This document shows positions 41,025 to 56,339 of a stretch of DNA of 64,000 nucleotides, piece after piece. This stretch comes from Eledone cirrhosa (lineage: Eukaryota): contig OZ024747.1 in the NCBI GenBank assembly GCA_964016885.1, forward strand, positions 57,536,001 through 57,600,000. The letters are read 5' to 3'. The notes beneath the pieces were generated by a model, which did not search any database, had not been told where the DNA came from, and saw nothing but the letters and a program-made list of their open reading frames with translations. The first letter of the stretch is position 1. The number at the start of each line of letters is the position of its first letter. Position numbers and translations under genes: made by a program.

Positions 41025-41074
<50 letters not shown>

Positions 41075-44000
41075 AGTGCTTCTGAGAAATAAAAAATTAG
41101 GAAATACATTTTCATTTTCGTTCTTTCATTCTCTATCTTTGCGACATGAACATTCCATCATGAAACAGACACTTTTTCTTCGTCGACATATTAAATTCTT
41201 TTATTCATGGAAGTTTTTGGTTTTGTGTTTTTGTCATGAAAGAAGAAAGTAGAGAGAAGAGAAGTTGATATAATTTCGTTGAGTGTCTGATGTCGATGTT
41301 TTATCAAAGAATCATTTGTCAGAAAATAGTCCGCTTTATATTAGAAATTATGTCTACTCATTGTGCTTTTCTAACTCCAAACTTTCTTTTATTGCGGTTG
41401 AATATTCCAATATGGAAGTAGAATAAAATACAGCAATCAGCACTGAAAACGTACTGCAAACGATTAATTTACTTCTTGTTAGCCGTGTGACCTAGTGGTT
41501 AGTGTGTTGAACTGTTAAGGTCATGGGTTCGTTTTGTGCATCGGTCGGAGCCTTGCGTTTATTTCACGTACATTTTCATAATGAAAAAAAAAAAAAAAAA
41601 AAGCATTTTCAAGGGAGTAAGGCATGTTTTTGTTGACTCAGCCAGGCGTATATGTAAGTATAAAAAGTATGTTTATGTATAATAGACATACCTATATATC
41701 TGTGTATTGTAATGTCTGATCAACCTATACATGGCCAGTGATTGCCTTTTTTTCTTAAACTTCTAAGCATGTAGAAGTGTAAACAGCACACACGCACACA
41801 TGCATACATACATATTTACATACACGCACACACACACACATACATATATACAAATAGATGAGACCTCCGTCGGTTTTAACGTTGATTGTTCCAGTTGTTC
41901 AATCCACCGAACACTCAGCCTATAAGATCAATGTGTAACTGGCTGAGTATACCAAGCAAACGTATTCATTTAACGTAATTCTCTTAGAGATTAAGTACTT
42001 ATTATGGTGGATTGGCAGTATTGGTAGAGCGTCGGACAACATACTTTGTGGCACTTTAAGTTCTGAGTTCAAATCCCGCCGAAGATAGCTTTGCCTTTGA
42101 TCCTTACGGGGCTGATAAAATAAAGTACCAGTAATGCACTGGTTCGATTTAATCGACTTGCCCCTCCCCTTCAAATTGCTGACCTTGTGCCTAAATAAGA
42201 AACCATTGTTATTATATCTTATTTACATATATATATACTGCAATGTCGAGAGGTTAGTTTTAATTAGTGATAGTATTAACAAAACGTTATTCGGAATAAA
42301 AACTACATGGAAACATCGGGGTATATATAAAAACATATTCACAGTAAGATTATATGTTTGTTACTCCTGAACACACGGTATATGTTTATAATGCTGCTAA
42401 TACTGCTATCACTACTGCCATATCTAATCTGCAAAGGTTTCATCCAGGCATTAGCCCTATTAAATTCACTTGTACGAGAGGGCGTAGAAGGTCCATTGAC
42501 ACTTTGCTCTCCACTGATGTTTAATTTCTTATAAAAAAGTAAATTTAGGCAAATTTTATTTTTGTCTCTGTCTCTGTCACATTCTCTCTTTCTCTTGTTT
42601 TCTGTCTCTTGCAGCTTTACCCCACTGCCACAATAACTGATTGATTGATTATTGCCTGTATAAACGACACTAAAAGACACTTAACTACATTGAAATAAAG
42701 TCGCTTAAGAATGCATCAGACATCTATTTTGTGCGATATCGACAGTCATTCTAAAATGGCTGCCTAAAGACAGTTATATTGATCAGATAAAGCGCCAGCA
42801 GATAATAACTATATTAACAACAAACTAATGTTGAAAACTGACTATTTCGTTGTGATTTCTATCTGTGTTTCTTTTTTGATTCTTTGAAAAATTATTTTGA
42901 ATGTTTTCATTTCTCTATACAACAGTAATATTTTTTTTGTTTGACTGTTGATAATTTCTGATTCTGGCAAATTTTTCTTTCTTATTTTTTTTTTTTGTTA
43001 ATATCATTTTTTATTTTTATTATTATTTTTTTCTTCTGAAAGCAAAATGTTTCTTTCATCAGAGAAAAAGCTATTAAGCAGCAATATATTATAGAAACAT
43101 TATAAAACATAAATGAGAGTGAGAGTGGGGGTTTGTACTGGGGAGAGAGAGACGAAGGAAAAAAAATCATTAGGGGAAAATAATCCATTAAATATATTTT
43201 CTTTTTCCTGTTCTAGCTCCGAAGTTAAGAGTAGTTATTGATAAAGTTGCTTAAGCTGGTTACTTTTTGAGTGAGTTTAGCTTCAGGAGGAACAAGAAAA
43301 TATTACCCAAGGCATAGCAGTACTTAAATAGAAACTTTGTGTTAGAACTCAAAAAACATAATACACTATTGCAACTTATTATATTACAGGTACTACCTAT
43401 CATTTTGTGGTTAGATTAAAATGGTAAAAGCATGTGGCTTAATGTTTGGCGTATACTGATCGTGATCCTGAGGTTTTAAATTTGATAACCAAACCGGGCG
43501 ACATTGTGTCTTTGAGAAAACAGTTTATTCCACGTTGTTCCAGTCCACCTACCTGGAAAACTTATATTGTACTCGCAATTCAAAGGGTTTGCTTTGTCAC
43601 ACATTTTGTCACGACGAATTTCCCTGAAAACTATCTTAAAGGTACACGTGCCTGTGAAATGCTCAGTCACTTGCAAGTTGATTTCACGAGTAACCTGCTC
43701 GGTGATCAGACAACTGAATAAAAACCTGTCATCAGATATGACCTAAGAAGGAACAGTAATATGATCAAATGTATCGTAGCAGTTAACTGAAAAATGTTTC
43801 TATTAGCATAAAAATACAAATCGCAACTTCGTGTCAACGTAGAAGTCACTCAACCTGCTAGAAATAAGTCAAATTACAGACTTCTTTATTTCCTGAAAAA
43901 TGTAATCGAATTACTTTTCAATAAAAATAGATTTGTATATCGAAGAATTTTGTATACTAAGGACTAGATTGTCTTAACTCAATTTATATAAATACTGAAA

Positions 44001-44762
44001 TACAATTTGACTGCTATTTCTAGCAAGTCAAGCAGCTCTTTATTGGAACTGATATATACAATATGGGTTTCTGCTACCTACTAAGTGCTGTGTGGATTGA
44101 AACATACTGTGATATTTTCAAAGTTTTCATATCAGTACTCTCTCAGATTTTCTATCATCTTTGAAAAATCTTAATTGAATTTCATACCAGTGAAAAGATA
44201 ATTCAGAATCTTGAGAATCCCGTCGTTTTTATACCATAAAATTCAGTTAATACCTACTGAAGTTTAACTGGCCTTATGTAAGATTTTATTTCATAAGAGG
44301 CTCCTTTTCTCTTATGAAATGAAGCGTCTTGCTCAAGACACAACGCGTTACTCGAACCAGGAATCAGAACCCATGGATCCTATGATCAAGAGTCCAACAG
44401 CCCTAACCATTAATTCACGTGACTTCTGTATATCAGGGATTAAATTGCCTAATATATCTCATTTTGTTTCCATTTATATTTAGCATATTTAAATATTGTT
44501 ATATTTAACATTTAAATATTGTTATATTTAACATATTTAAATATTGTTATATTTAACATTCATATTTTAGAACCCTTCTATTAATTGGTATTAACTGGAT
44601 TTTATCAGACTTTCTATTTTTCCTGTAAAATTCAAATCGATTTACTTCCAATAAAAATATATTTGAAAATTTTATCACGAAATTTCATAGCACCATGTTT
44701 TATAGGTCCGTGTTAATCTGTTAGTTTTCTGTATGTCTGTGTGTTATTATTATTATTTTCAA

Positions 44763-45105
44763 GGGCGGTGGATGGCAGTATCGGTAGAGGGTCGGACGTC
44801 ATGCTTTCAGCATAGAGTTACGCCCCTTGCCATTCTGAGTTCAAATCCCGCCAAGGTTAACTTTGCCTTTCATCCTTACGGGGTCGATAAAATAAAGTAC
44901 CAGTAATGTACTGGGTAATTGCTGGCCTTGTGCCAATAGTAGAAACAATTATTATTATTTTCTTTTAGTTACGTCCCTTTACGATCTGAGTTCAAATCCC
45001 GCCGAGGTTGACTTTGCCTTTCATCCTTACGGGGTCGATAAAATAAAGTACCAGTAATGCACTGGGTATTGCTGGCCTTGTGCCTAAAGTAGAAACAATT
45101 ATTAT
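44763..45105 (+). mobile_element. Full plus truncated Nin/Deu-like SINE copies
   Basis: Same core; further copies near 42005(+), 48122(-), 53445(+), 60090(+) and 62895(-). Confidence 0.85.
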
Positions 45106-45425
45106 TTTCTTTTTGCAGGTTTTCATCTGAAATAAATCTATAGGCATGAGATAATTCCATTTTTGTTGATGCCTTTGATAACGTAATTCTTCTGTGGATT
45201 GTTTCCATAGATTCTTGACAAGTCAATATCCTTGGTATATATCTCCAGCAACGATGACGTCATTCAGGTAAACTTTCTTGAGTAGGTTTCCAGGCTTCCG
45301 TTGCTTAGGTGCCATTTCATGTGTGAAATTGAAGAACGCTCAAAATATGTATGCATATATGTATACATTGTATACATATATGTACACATCTAATATGTAA
45401 GCAGGGATATATTTAAATAATTATG

Positions 45426-45491
<66 letters not shown>

Positions 45492-45984
45492 CGTCTGTCA
45501 ATTTGTTTGTATGAAACCTAATGGATGAAAAGTTCGCATCAAAATCATTAATTCTCGAGTTCGATCCCACACCTTGGCATCTTGAAATATCATGTACCAT
45601 GGTTTCGTGTCGCCCCATGTCTTGTGTTGTAAATATGGTAGACATAAACTATTTGGAAGCTTATCAGTTGGACTCTACGTCTAATTCAAAAGGCCAGCGT
45701 TGCTACATATATCATGGGGAATTACTCTCTCCCTGTCTGTATTTGGGTGTATGTTTGTGTGGCAGTGTCTGTGTGTCTATATATAGAGTATTCACAACCT
45801 CTAACTGGATTACCTATAACGAAATTTTGTTATCCCTTATATATATATACATATATATCACAAAGAGGTAGTAAGATACCAGGTGGACCATAACGCACCA
45901 AAGTAGTCAATGCTTAGGATTGTAGAGTGGGTAATAGGAAAAGAGTCAGGATCCCAACGGACGGAGTTCACCCGTCGGGGTCCT

Positions 45985-46056
<72 letters not shown>

Positions 46057-46224
46057 TATTTTCCGTAGTGTTGTAATATAAATATTACACACAGTAGATG
46101 GACAACTCACGTAGAGTTTGCTCGACGGTTCCAGTTGTAGTTCCAAAAGTAATCCGGTTATGTAACTGTTATAGAAACACGTGTCAATAAACTCCTTTTA
46201 ACTAAACTGTATCCATTAAAATCC

Positions 46225-46263
<39 letters not shown>

Positions 46264-46270
<7 letters not shown>

Positions 46271-46850
46271 GGAATAGAATGAAACGAAATTTCAATTCTC
46301 ACTCTTATTACGGCAGTTACTTAAATGTAAGTATGTATGTATACGTACATACATATATGTATACAGACGTACAGTAGTATGTATATATATATGCATACAT
46401 GCACACATATATATATATATATACGCACGTAGCGGTTTACCGAACATTTATTATAATGCTCGGTTTGTTTGTAAACAAACAAACAGCCCGAATTACGCCG
46501 TACAGTGTTTAGGCAACCACGTCACCTTTTTGTTCACCACTGACATAGGAACGATGTATTAGTTTCAAGCTTATTAGCTATCGTCAGCATCGTATACCTT
46601 CCTGCCAGATGGTTGAACGCCTGAAAGTTTATACTTTCCTTATGCATATTAACGGCTGAGCAGCCTAGTTTGCATATCGAGTGAGTTTAGTCGGCCGGGC
46701 GCACCGAAAACGATAAATGGAATAGAATGAAACGAAATTTAATTTCTCACTCTTAGTACGGCAGTTACTTAAATGTAAGTATGTATACGTACATACACAT
46801 ATGTATACAGACGTACAATAGTATGTATACATATATATGTATACATATAT
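46264..46850 (-). mobile_element. 448-nt retrozyme-like element, about 1.3 units, in (AT)n
   Basis: GGAATAGAATGAAACG at 46271 and 46719; HHR inside the unit; no ORF. Confidence 0.75.
46551..46593 (-). ncRNA. Minimal type I hammerhead, family J
   Basis: Minus strand: ACGATG-CTGACGA-tAGCT aata AGCTt-GAAACTAA-TA-CATCGT; 6-bp stem I; stem III one change from palindrome ACTAGT. Confidence 0.75.
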
Positions 46851-47819
46851 AGTGTATACACTGTATTAGGAATATTTTAGGAGAGCTGGAGTGCACACAT
46901 TCTTCAGATAAGAAGCCCCCCCCCACTATAATGCAAGTGTTTCGGTCGTTAACTCCTCATACACTAAGGAGGCCGCCCGTATCCAGGTTATGTCTCATGG
47001 GTTCCCTTCTGCTGACGCCCTTTTAGGGCTTTGGTACTTTTCTTCTCAGAGATTGAGAGTTGTTTCATGAGATTGTTTTGGGATTTACCAAAAAAACCTC
47101 CGGTAAAAGCTTTGACCCGGAATTAAGCTTCCTCCAGGCTGTTAGCAAAACTGGCGTACTTTTAGGTCTTAAACACGTGTGATTCATCTATTCTACTTTC
47201 AAATCGTACGGTGAGTTAATCAAAATCCGCTGCTTGGATGAACTGGAATGGCGTTCGATATACGGCCTCTAGCTACTATATCTGGTGGTTTTGTCGATAT
47301 TGGGAGGTCTGCTGTGTACTTCCAGTTACCCGCACCAGTTGGAAAACTTCGCTTACTAGCCTTGTATGATATAGCTATTCCTACCCATGAATTGCATCTT
47401 CCTGTCATGTAGAATATTGTTAGGGATTCATGTGCTATGTACTTTACTCTGACCGTACTTATCACCTGTACGATTTTTTAAAGCCCATGATTGTGCCCCC
47501 ACGTGTATTTTTCGTGGATTAGCGCTACTCTGTATTAACTCAGAACGAGTTCCACTGTATGTCTACCCTTGCACTCTGGCAGAGTGGTAACTCAGAATTA
47601 TTGATTTGCTTCACTTCACTAGGTTTGTATCCGAAGACAGGAGATCATAGACAGATCTAAGGATATATAAGGGTGAAAGCAGCGATTCTTTGCTTTAAAC
47701 TTTAATCTGTTATTTTAATAAATATTTTCTCTATGGTTTTTTAAATATATTTTTATATATAAATTATCCTTATGGAGCCCTCTTCGGATTTTAGTCTTCA
47801 CATTTATTATTATTATTAT

Positions 47820-48078
47820 AATTGTTCTTTGAGTCTCAGTCATTGATGTTATTTAACTGGAAAGTTTGTTGCAATGAATATCAAGCCGCTAACTGCAGCC
47901 TCAGATATCCAGGACGTATCGGAGGATTCTTGCTGTTCCCAGCAAGCATGCTTTTGAAGTGTTCCAAAAAGCGGGGCTGGACTAATCTTTTTTAACCATC
48001 CTTGGAAACTCTTTGAGATAGTACCTAGTGCGCCTATGACAATCGGAACGACCTTGATTTCATGGCAGTTCCAAATCC

Positions 48079-48080
<2 letters not shown>
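47820..48080 (-). mobile_element. R4/Dong-type non-LTR retrotransposon 3' end in (TTA)n
   Basis: WNCHEIKVVPIVIGALGTISKSFQGWLKKI..LQK then, frameshifted, ACLLGTARILRYVL; flanked by TTA repeats. Confidence 0.8.
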
Positions 48081-48110
<30 letters not shown>

Positions 48111-48309
48111 TATATAGTAATAATTGTTTCTACTTTTGGCACAAGGCCAGCAATTACCCAGTGCATTACTGGTACTTTATTTTATCGACCCCGTAAGGAT
48201 GAAAGGCAAAGTTAACCTCGGCGGGATTTTAACACAGAGAGGCAAGGGCCGTAACTCTATGCATCAAAGCATGGCGTCCGACCTTCTACCGACACTGCCA
48301 AGCCACCGC

Positions 48310-48357
<48 letters not shown>

Positions 48358-48508
48358 ATACTTTGGGAGGGTCATGTTGCCAATAAGAAACACACGCACC
48401 AGTTGCTTTCACTTCAATTTAATTTATTATATATTTATAAATTTACAAATTTATAAATTTCTGGTTGGTTGGTTGGTTCCACAACCAGATAGTTGTTTAT
48501 ATATATAT

Positions 48509-48553
48509 AGTCATAGTTATTTCGTCACACACTCTGTGACCTCTTCAGTGACT
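48509..48553 (-). ncRNA. PLE pLTR hammerhead, family C (left arm)
   Basis: Minus strand: AGTCA-CTGAAGA-G-GTCACA gagtg TGTGAC-GAAA-taac-TA-TGACT. Confidence 0.75.
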
Positions 48554-48864
48554 GGGGATTTCTTTCTTCGTTTCTGTGCCTTTCCTTTCTTCTATCCTAC
48601 GCCATTTTGTTTGTGTGTGGGTTGCGTGCTCCGTTTGCGCATGCGCCACATCCGGGTGTCTGTGTGTGTTTGTGTTCATTTTTCTATTTTTCTATTTATA
48701 TTTTTCTATTTGTTTGTTTATTTATTTATTTATTGTTGGTTGGTTGTTTGGTTGTTTGTTCTATGTGTGTGTGTGTTTTCATTTTGTCTTGTGTGTTTTC
48801 ATTTTGTGTGTGTTTTCAATTGTAAGTTGTTTGTTCTATGTGTGTGTGTGTTTTCATTTTGTCC

Positions 48865-49378
48865 TTAATTGTAAGTTGTGATGTTGCTGTTCCACTCATA
48901 TTTTCTATTTAATTTTGGTTTTAATTCTTTTATGCTTACTGCCTCTGTAATTTGCCTAAACATTACGTCTTTCTTGTGTGTGGATTCTATTTTTATTTCT
49001 ATGCTCTCTAATTTACCCCTGTGTTCTATCTTAGCATGTTGGTAGAGCACAGATGATTCTTTATTATCTTGGAGGTCTCGCCAGTGTTCATTTATTCGTT
49101 CCCCTATACTACGAGCTGTCTCACCTATGTACACTATATTTTTGTTTCTACATTGTCCTTCAGTACATCTTATGCTATATACTACATTTCTAGTTTTACA
49201 GTTAATATGGGGGCTTATTTTACAGGTTATACATTTCTTATCTATACATGAGGGTCTTTGGAACGGGTATGTCTTGCTAATAAGTGTTTTTACGGAGGTA
49301 CCAGGTCTTTCTACTATCTTAATATTGAGATTATGTTTCTTTAGGGCCCTTCTAAATTTGTAGGCTAGTTCGCCTCTA
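48865..49378 (-). pseudogene. PLE ORF 3' part: Cys-rich linker plus GIY-YIG endonuclease (5'-truncated, open frame)
   Basis: CIDKKCITC..CKTRNVVYSIRC..YIGETARSIGERINEH..RQITEAVSI..LNRKYEW. Confidence 0.9.
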
Positions 49379-49801
49379 ACACTTATTAGCAAGACATACC
49401 CGTTCCAAAGACCCTCATGTATAGATAAGAAATGTATAACCTGTAAAATAAGCCCCCATATTAACTGTAAAACTAGAAATGTAGTATATAGCATAAGATG
49501 TACTGAAGGACAATGTAGAAACAAAAATATAGTGTACATAGGTGAGACAGCTCGTAGTATAGGGGAACGAATAAATGAACACTGGCGAGACCTCCAAGAT
49601 AATAAAGAATCATCTGTGCTCTACCAACATGCTAAGATAGAACACAGGGGTAAATTAGAGAGCATAGAAATAAAAATAGAATCCACACACAAGAAAGACG
49701 CAATGTTTAGGCAAATTACAGAGGCAGTAAGCATAAAAGAATTAAAACCAAAATTAAATAGAAAATATGAGTGGAACAGCAACATCACAACTTACAATTA
49801 A
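49379..49801 (+). pseudogene. Second, shorter copy of the PLE GIY-YIG endonuclease region
   Basis: ORF 49532-49801 YIGETARSIGERINEH...LNRKYEW. Confidence 0.9.
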
Positions 49802-50112
49802 GGACAAAATGAAAACACACACACACATAGAACAAACAACTTACAATTGAAAACACACACAAAATGAAAACACACAAGACAAAATGAAAACACACACACA
49901 CATAGAACAAACAACCAAACAACCAACCAACAATAAATAAATAAATAAACAAACAAATAGAAAAATATAAATAGAAAAATAGAAAAATGAACACAAACAC
50001 ACACAGACACCCGGATGTGGCGCATGCGCAAACGGAGCACGCAACCCACACACAAACAAAATGGCGTAGGATAGAAGAAAGGAAAGGCACAGAAACGAAG
50101 AAAGAAATCCCC

Positions 50113-50157
50113 AGTCACTGAAGAGGTCACAGAGTGTGTGACGAAAGAACTATGACT
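50113..50157 (+). ncRNA. PLE pLTR hammerhead, family C (right arm)
   Basis: AGTCA-CTGAAGA-G-GTCACA gagtg TGTGAC-GAAA-GAAC-TA-TGACT. Confidence 0.82.
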
Positions 50158-50372
50158 ATATATATATAAACAACTATCTGGTCGTGGAACCAACCAACCA
50201 ACCAGAAATTTATAAATTTGTAAATTTATAAATATATAATAAATTAAATTGAAGTGAAAGCAACTGGTGCGTGTGTTTCTTATTGGCAACATGACCCTCC
50301 CAAAGTATAACAATATCGGTTTCAACACACGATTTCAGATAAAGAATCTTGCTAAACAAATTCAGAAACGAA

Positions 50373-50910
<538 letters not shown>

Positions 50911-51020
50911 TACAGTTAATGTAGATACTTCCGTTCTCTCTATAACAATACACGAGCTAAAGAATCCTCCGGGGGAAACGCGTGTTCTCAAGTATGGTTT
51001 GCTAATTGTTGATTGTTGTG

Positions 51021-51174
<154 letters not shown>

Positions 51175-51555
51175 CATGCATACACACATACACACACATG
51201 TGTGTGTGTATGTGTGTATATTTATTTGCTCCTATACCAGTATAAAAACATACTCTCTCCCACATGATATATAGAAAGGGGAACAGAAAAAGTGATGTTA
51301 CCCTGACAAGCGGTGAGAGAGAAAGAAAGAGAAGAAAAGGAGAAAGTGAGAAGGTGAGATGGATTGAAGGATAGATAATAGATAACAAATATCGCAATTG
51401 TAAAGGTATGTAATGTATATTGATTGAAATAAACATTATACGATGACTAAATGTAAAATGAAATTGAAATAAAATTCTTTCTTATTGTAACAGAAAACTA
51501 TTAACAATAAATACATACACACACACTTACACACACGCAGACATAGAAAGATATG

Positions 51556-51620
<65 letters not shown>

Positions 51621-51698
51621 GCAACACAGGGACAACACTCAAGTTATTGAATAAGTTAATTTAAATGTTCACGTAGATATCCATATATCAAACATCTG

Positions 51699-51739
<41 letters not shown>

Positions 51740-52894
51740 TAATAATAATAATATATAATTATAGGAACTATAGGACCGAAGAAATGTTTAATTATTAATA
51801 TACAATGTATATTAAATAAGTCTATTTAGAAAAAGATACAAAAGGAAAACTTCAACACGAACACGACAGCAGCATTACAAAAAATGCTTTATTAATGTAG
51901 AAGCAATCATTTTTATTAATATATAGAGAATACCATATAAATACATTGATAATTCAATTAACACAATCACTTCATTCATAGACAGAAACCTACCTTCTAT
52001 ATAATGGGAACTAATTGTAGTACATGACTAGAATTTTGGTAGGAGAGGAAATTCGATTAAAAAAGCATCAGTACTTGACTGCTACTTAGTTTAATAGACC
52101 TCAATATGATGAAAACGAATGTCGATCTCGAAGAAAGTTGAAATCGGCAGTTAAAGATCTGCGACTAAATATCTTCTGGCATTAACGTTTCTGCCAATCA
52201 ACCACCCTAATTTTAATGATTTTTAATCTTGGCACTAGGCCAGCAATCTTAGCGTGGGAGGGGGACCCCAAGCAAGATGGTTGGATAAAATCCATGAGCC
52301 TGGCTGGTCTCGCTTGGGAAACCAGCCGGATCAGTTGGGGACGGTTGCTTCTGACAGGGCCCGATTGGAGGAGTGTTTGAGGACACAGCTCCCACGACCC
52401 TCCGAGGGATAACTGGGAGAAGATGGGAAATTTGAGTATATCTATTCGCGTACATGACTGGTGTATTATTTTATTGTCCTCGGAAGCATGAAATGTAAAG
52501 TTGACCATGGCGTGTTTTGAACTCAGAACGTAAATGCCTGACACAAATACTGCTAGATCTTTCTTCGATACTCTAACGACACTATCAATCCATCATTTTC
52601 CTTAATTCATAATTCAATCTTAAAACCAACAATAAGGTGTCTAGAGGAAAATTGATAATTTTGACCCTTAAACTTGAATAAAACTATTATAGACCTCAGA
52701 TTAATGAAATGCAAAGCTGACAGTGGCTACATTTGTACTAAGAATACAAAGATTCGGGAAAAATGCCATTTATGTGCCACCCTATATATTCTGGGATTCC
52801 ATCACGAAAAACATGTACTGTTTACTAAAGTTTTCCGATTAATGCGCAAGTTCAGTAATTTGGGTGAAATAGACACATCAATTATATCAACGGC

Positions 52895-53237
52895 ACTTAC
52901 ACTCGCCTGCTTCAACGCATTCACAACATAAGCTGGCGACATCTGACTTTGAAAGAAATATATGCTGGCCTCCCACGCATATCTGTCGTTGTACGTAAAA
53001 GGAGAGTAAGATTTGCTGGTCACTGTCATCGTGCCACCTATGAGGCTGTGTCCCAATTAATGCTTTGGAAACCACAAGCAGTCACTAATAACAGGGACGC
53101 AAGCTCTCCTATCCCGGTGTCATCTCCAGAGATTTTGGTATTGAAATCCAGGATTTGCCAGCGGCAATGAACGACAGACCCACGTGGAGATCAATTATTG
53201 AGTCGATTTCAGATGAGGCCGCTGGATGATGATGATT
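52895..53237 (+). mobile_element. RTE-like LINE 3' end with (GAT)n tail
   Basis: EIYAGLPRISVVVRKRRVRFAGHCHR..VSQLMLWKP; AAMNDRPTWR; GATGATGATGAT tail. Confidence 0.8.
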
Positions 53238-56200
53238 TTATCGACCACATGTTGTGTCTCTTGTTGGTTGGTCTTGATTTTATTGCATCTCTTCCTTTTG
53301 TTTTCAATGTATTTGTGATCGTCATTGTTGTTGTCGTTGACTTCCCTCAGCTGAGTACTGCTTAAACTTAGCTCAGTTCAAATCATTTTAGCTTTGACCA
53401 TTCCATCTTATATTTAGAGGCAATATATAGAAAGCTTGGGGTTCAATTGGCGGAGTTGTTAGAACGTCAGATAGAATGCTTTACTGTATTCGTTCCGGCT
53501 CTTAGCTCCCTGAGTTCAAATCCCACCGAGGTCAGATTTGCCTTTCATCCATTCCAAGTCGATAAAAAATTGCAAGTCAAGTACTGGGGTCGATTCTTCC
53601 TCTATATCTCTTCTTAACTTCCATTCCCCCACTCTCTATCCTTCTCTCTGGAAGTAATCTGCTGTATTCAAATCTGAGGTGGAGATGGGCCCCGACAGGT
53701 TTTAAAATGCCTTAGAAATGCCGTATGTCAATACGTCACCCAAACGACTCCCTCGGGTGATACGGGATGATCCATACATATATAGAGCTACCTTGGAGAC
53801 ATTCTATTTTGTTTTTAAAGAACGTGATTTGTAATTTGAGATCCATTTGAGAGCTATTTCTAGCAAATTTAACAACCCCGTCGTTGTCACGGTGACGTGG
53901 TCATTGTTGTAGGTATTGCTTTTGTTCATGCTGTCATTGATAGTCAACATGATAGTCAATTAAAGAGTATCAACAATCCAGTTGTGTTAATCCCTCTTGA
54001 GAAGATTGGAGAGAAGGATAGAGTGGCGGAAGGATATATATAGAGGGGGAGAGGTGTGGTTAAGAGGTACAGAAGAAGGGAGAGAGGGATGAAAGAGAGA
54101 GAGAGAGAGAGAAAGAGCTGTGTTAACCTTTCTTAAGTTGACCTCTTAACAAAAAGCCGTGATAGGTTATAACAGCATTTCAAATGTCAAACTACTTGAC
54201 TGTATTAGCTGCTCTTAGTGATATAGAGTAGGACCATGAAATATCACCGAGTGCTTCCGTGTGTGTTTTTGCTTCTGTATGAGTAAGTATATGCACATTG
54301 TGCGTGTATATATACACACACGCACACGCACACACACACACACGCACACACGCACGCACACACAAACACACACACACACATATATATATATGTATATATA
54401 TATACACACGCACATATAAATGCATGTTCCTGCATGGCATAGATGCACGTGTAAAAAAATTCATATACACATTTGCATTCTACAAACACCTCTATCTCTC
54501 TCTAAATATATCTATCTATATACACACACACATACACACACACACAGACACACACACACACAGACACACACACAGACACACACACAGACACACACGATTA
54601 CACAATAAATCATTATTTTATAAAACAAAATGTACTTTATAAAACAAAATGTATTATTTTATTTAAATGAGGTTACATATTTTTCGTTAGCTTTTTAATG
54701 TTGCCGTTGTTGAATATATTAATACGTTGGACCCCCGTCAGCTCCGACGATGAGCATGCCAGTTGTTTGATTAACACTTTTTGCTTGTGAATATAACGTG
54801 TAAGTGACTGAGATTTTCACAGATACTTGTACTCTTTATTCAGTTGGTTTAAATATTATGAAAGTGATGGAAAATGTTAGTGATAACTGAGTGGGTAATG
54901 GATCCACGTGGCTGGAAGGAGCGGAATTGATGCTATAAACCTACATCCTTCACCATAAGAAACTGAAAAATGAGGGATCCCCGTCCCTCTGTGTACACAT
55001 TGCCCACTGTTATAAAATTGTATCTTTAAATCTTCATCCACCTTATCTATCAGACGAGTTCGAGTTATCTTTTTGTGACCGTTTTAGTTTTCATACTTAC
55101 ACGTGTTGGATGATGTTTAGAAATCATCCAGATTGGGGGGGGGGGGGTAGCGTTAAATGTGTGGGGTGTGTGAATGTACGACGCCTCCTGCTTGAACGGG
55201 ACGCCAGTCTGACCCTGAGCTACCATGGGTACTCATTCACTCCACCTCCATCTGAATGAACTGAAGCAGTATAGGAATTATGTGCCGTTTTCAAGGACAA
55301 AACTCGTCATCCGGTCTGGGAATGATATTTACCTCTTTATGGTCGGGTGTCGTGCCCGTAAAACCGTAACCAGTTGGGCTCGCGACGACTTATAGAAAAG
55401 ATATGTTATGATGTAGAAAAATGTAAACCGACCGTACGTTTATCTCAAAAACAAGCGACGATCATTTATGCTGATTCCCCAATAAAAATATATTGCCAGT
55501 ATATCAAATACCATTTGTTAGCAATTGTTATCAACACACATCTACAAACTTGCTATTTGAAATAACAATTTTTAATCTTAGTAAACATTTCTAGAAACTT
55601 GTACTCGTTTATACCTTAATTTGACCCTTAATTTTCGTTAAACATGTATCGTATTAAACATGGGGATGCACAGGATTCTTTCGACACATTACGTAGGAGG
55701 CATATACTTTTGTGGTGTTAAAATCAATATGAGCTTCATACCATCTTCAAAGGAATTGATTAGCAAGCACAGAGGCTGTACTGTAAGAAATTCATTTCTC
55801 AGCGGGATTCTGCATGGTACGTAATAAGGAGTAACATAGTTCGTGATATCTGGATTTCAAATCATGTTGAGTCCTATATTCTTATCTTTCCGGCTGTATT
55901 ACTGACTAATCGATAATAAAATAAATGTCAGCAACGCATACAGTCGCATTAAAAAAATAACCCACACGCAAACACACACGCTCATGTATATAACATTTCT
56001 TACTATTAATGCATGTGTTCATAGGATATATATGTATACATATATCTAAAGGCCACACTAGCAGATTGTACTTTAACAAATTCATATATATAGTGAAAGA
56101 ATGAAGAGTAACATGGTTGGCTGTACAACAAGGGGCTGTATAACAATTAAATAAATCATCATTAAGTTCGCAACTCCAAGAGAAATGCGATTTATAATTT

Positions 56201-56339
56201 CGGTTTCTCCTGTAGCTACAACTGAATAAAGTTTGTTTATCTTTCTCGTTGTTTGTCTTGTACAGCCAACCATGTTACTCTTTATGCTTTCACTATTATT
56301 ACTCCAAGTATAACCTGCATATGAACACCAACCAGCTAC

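Noticed and set aside
42381-42533. Signal-peptide-like short ORF MFIMLLILLSLLPYLICKG
   Set aside because: Hydrophobicity arises from CTG/CTA low-complexity sequence; it stops after ~50 codons with no supported downstream exon.
48865-49539. 224-aa ORF as a complete protein
   Set aside because: Chimeric: the first ~54 residues are antisense read-through of the opposite arm across the palindrome centre; no RT domain is present.
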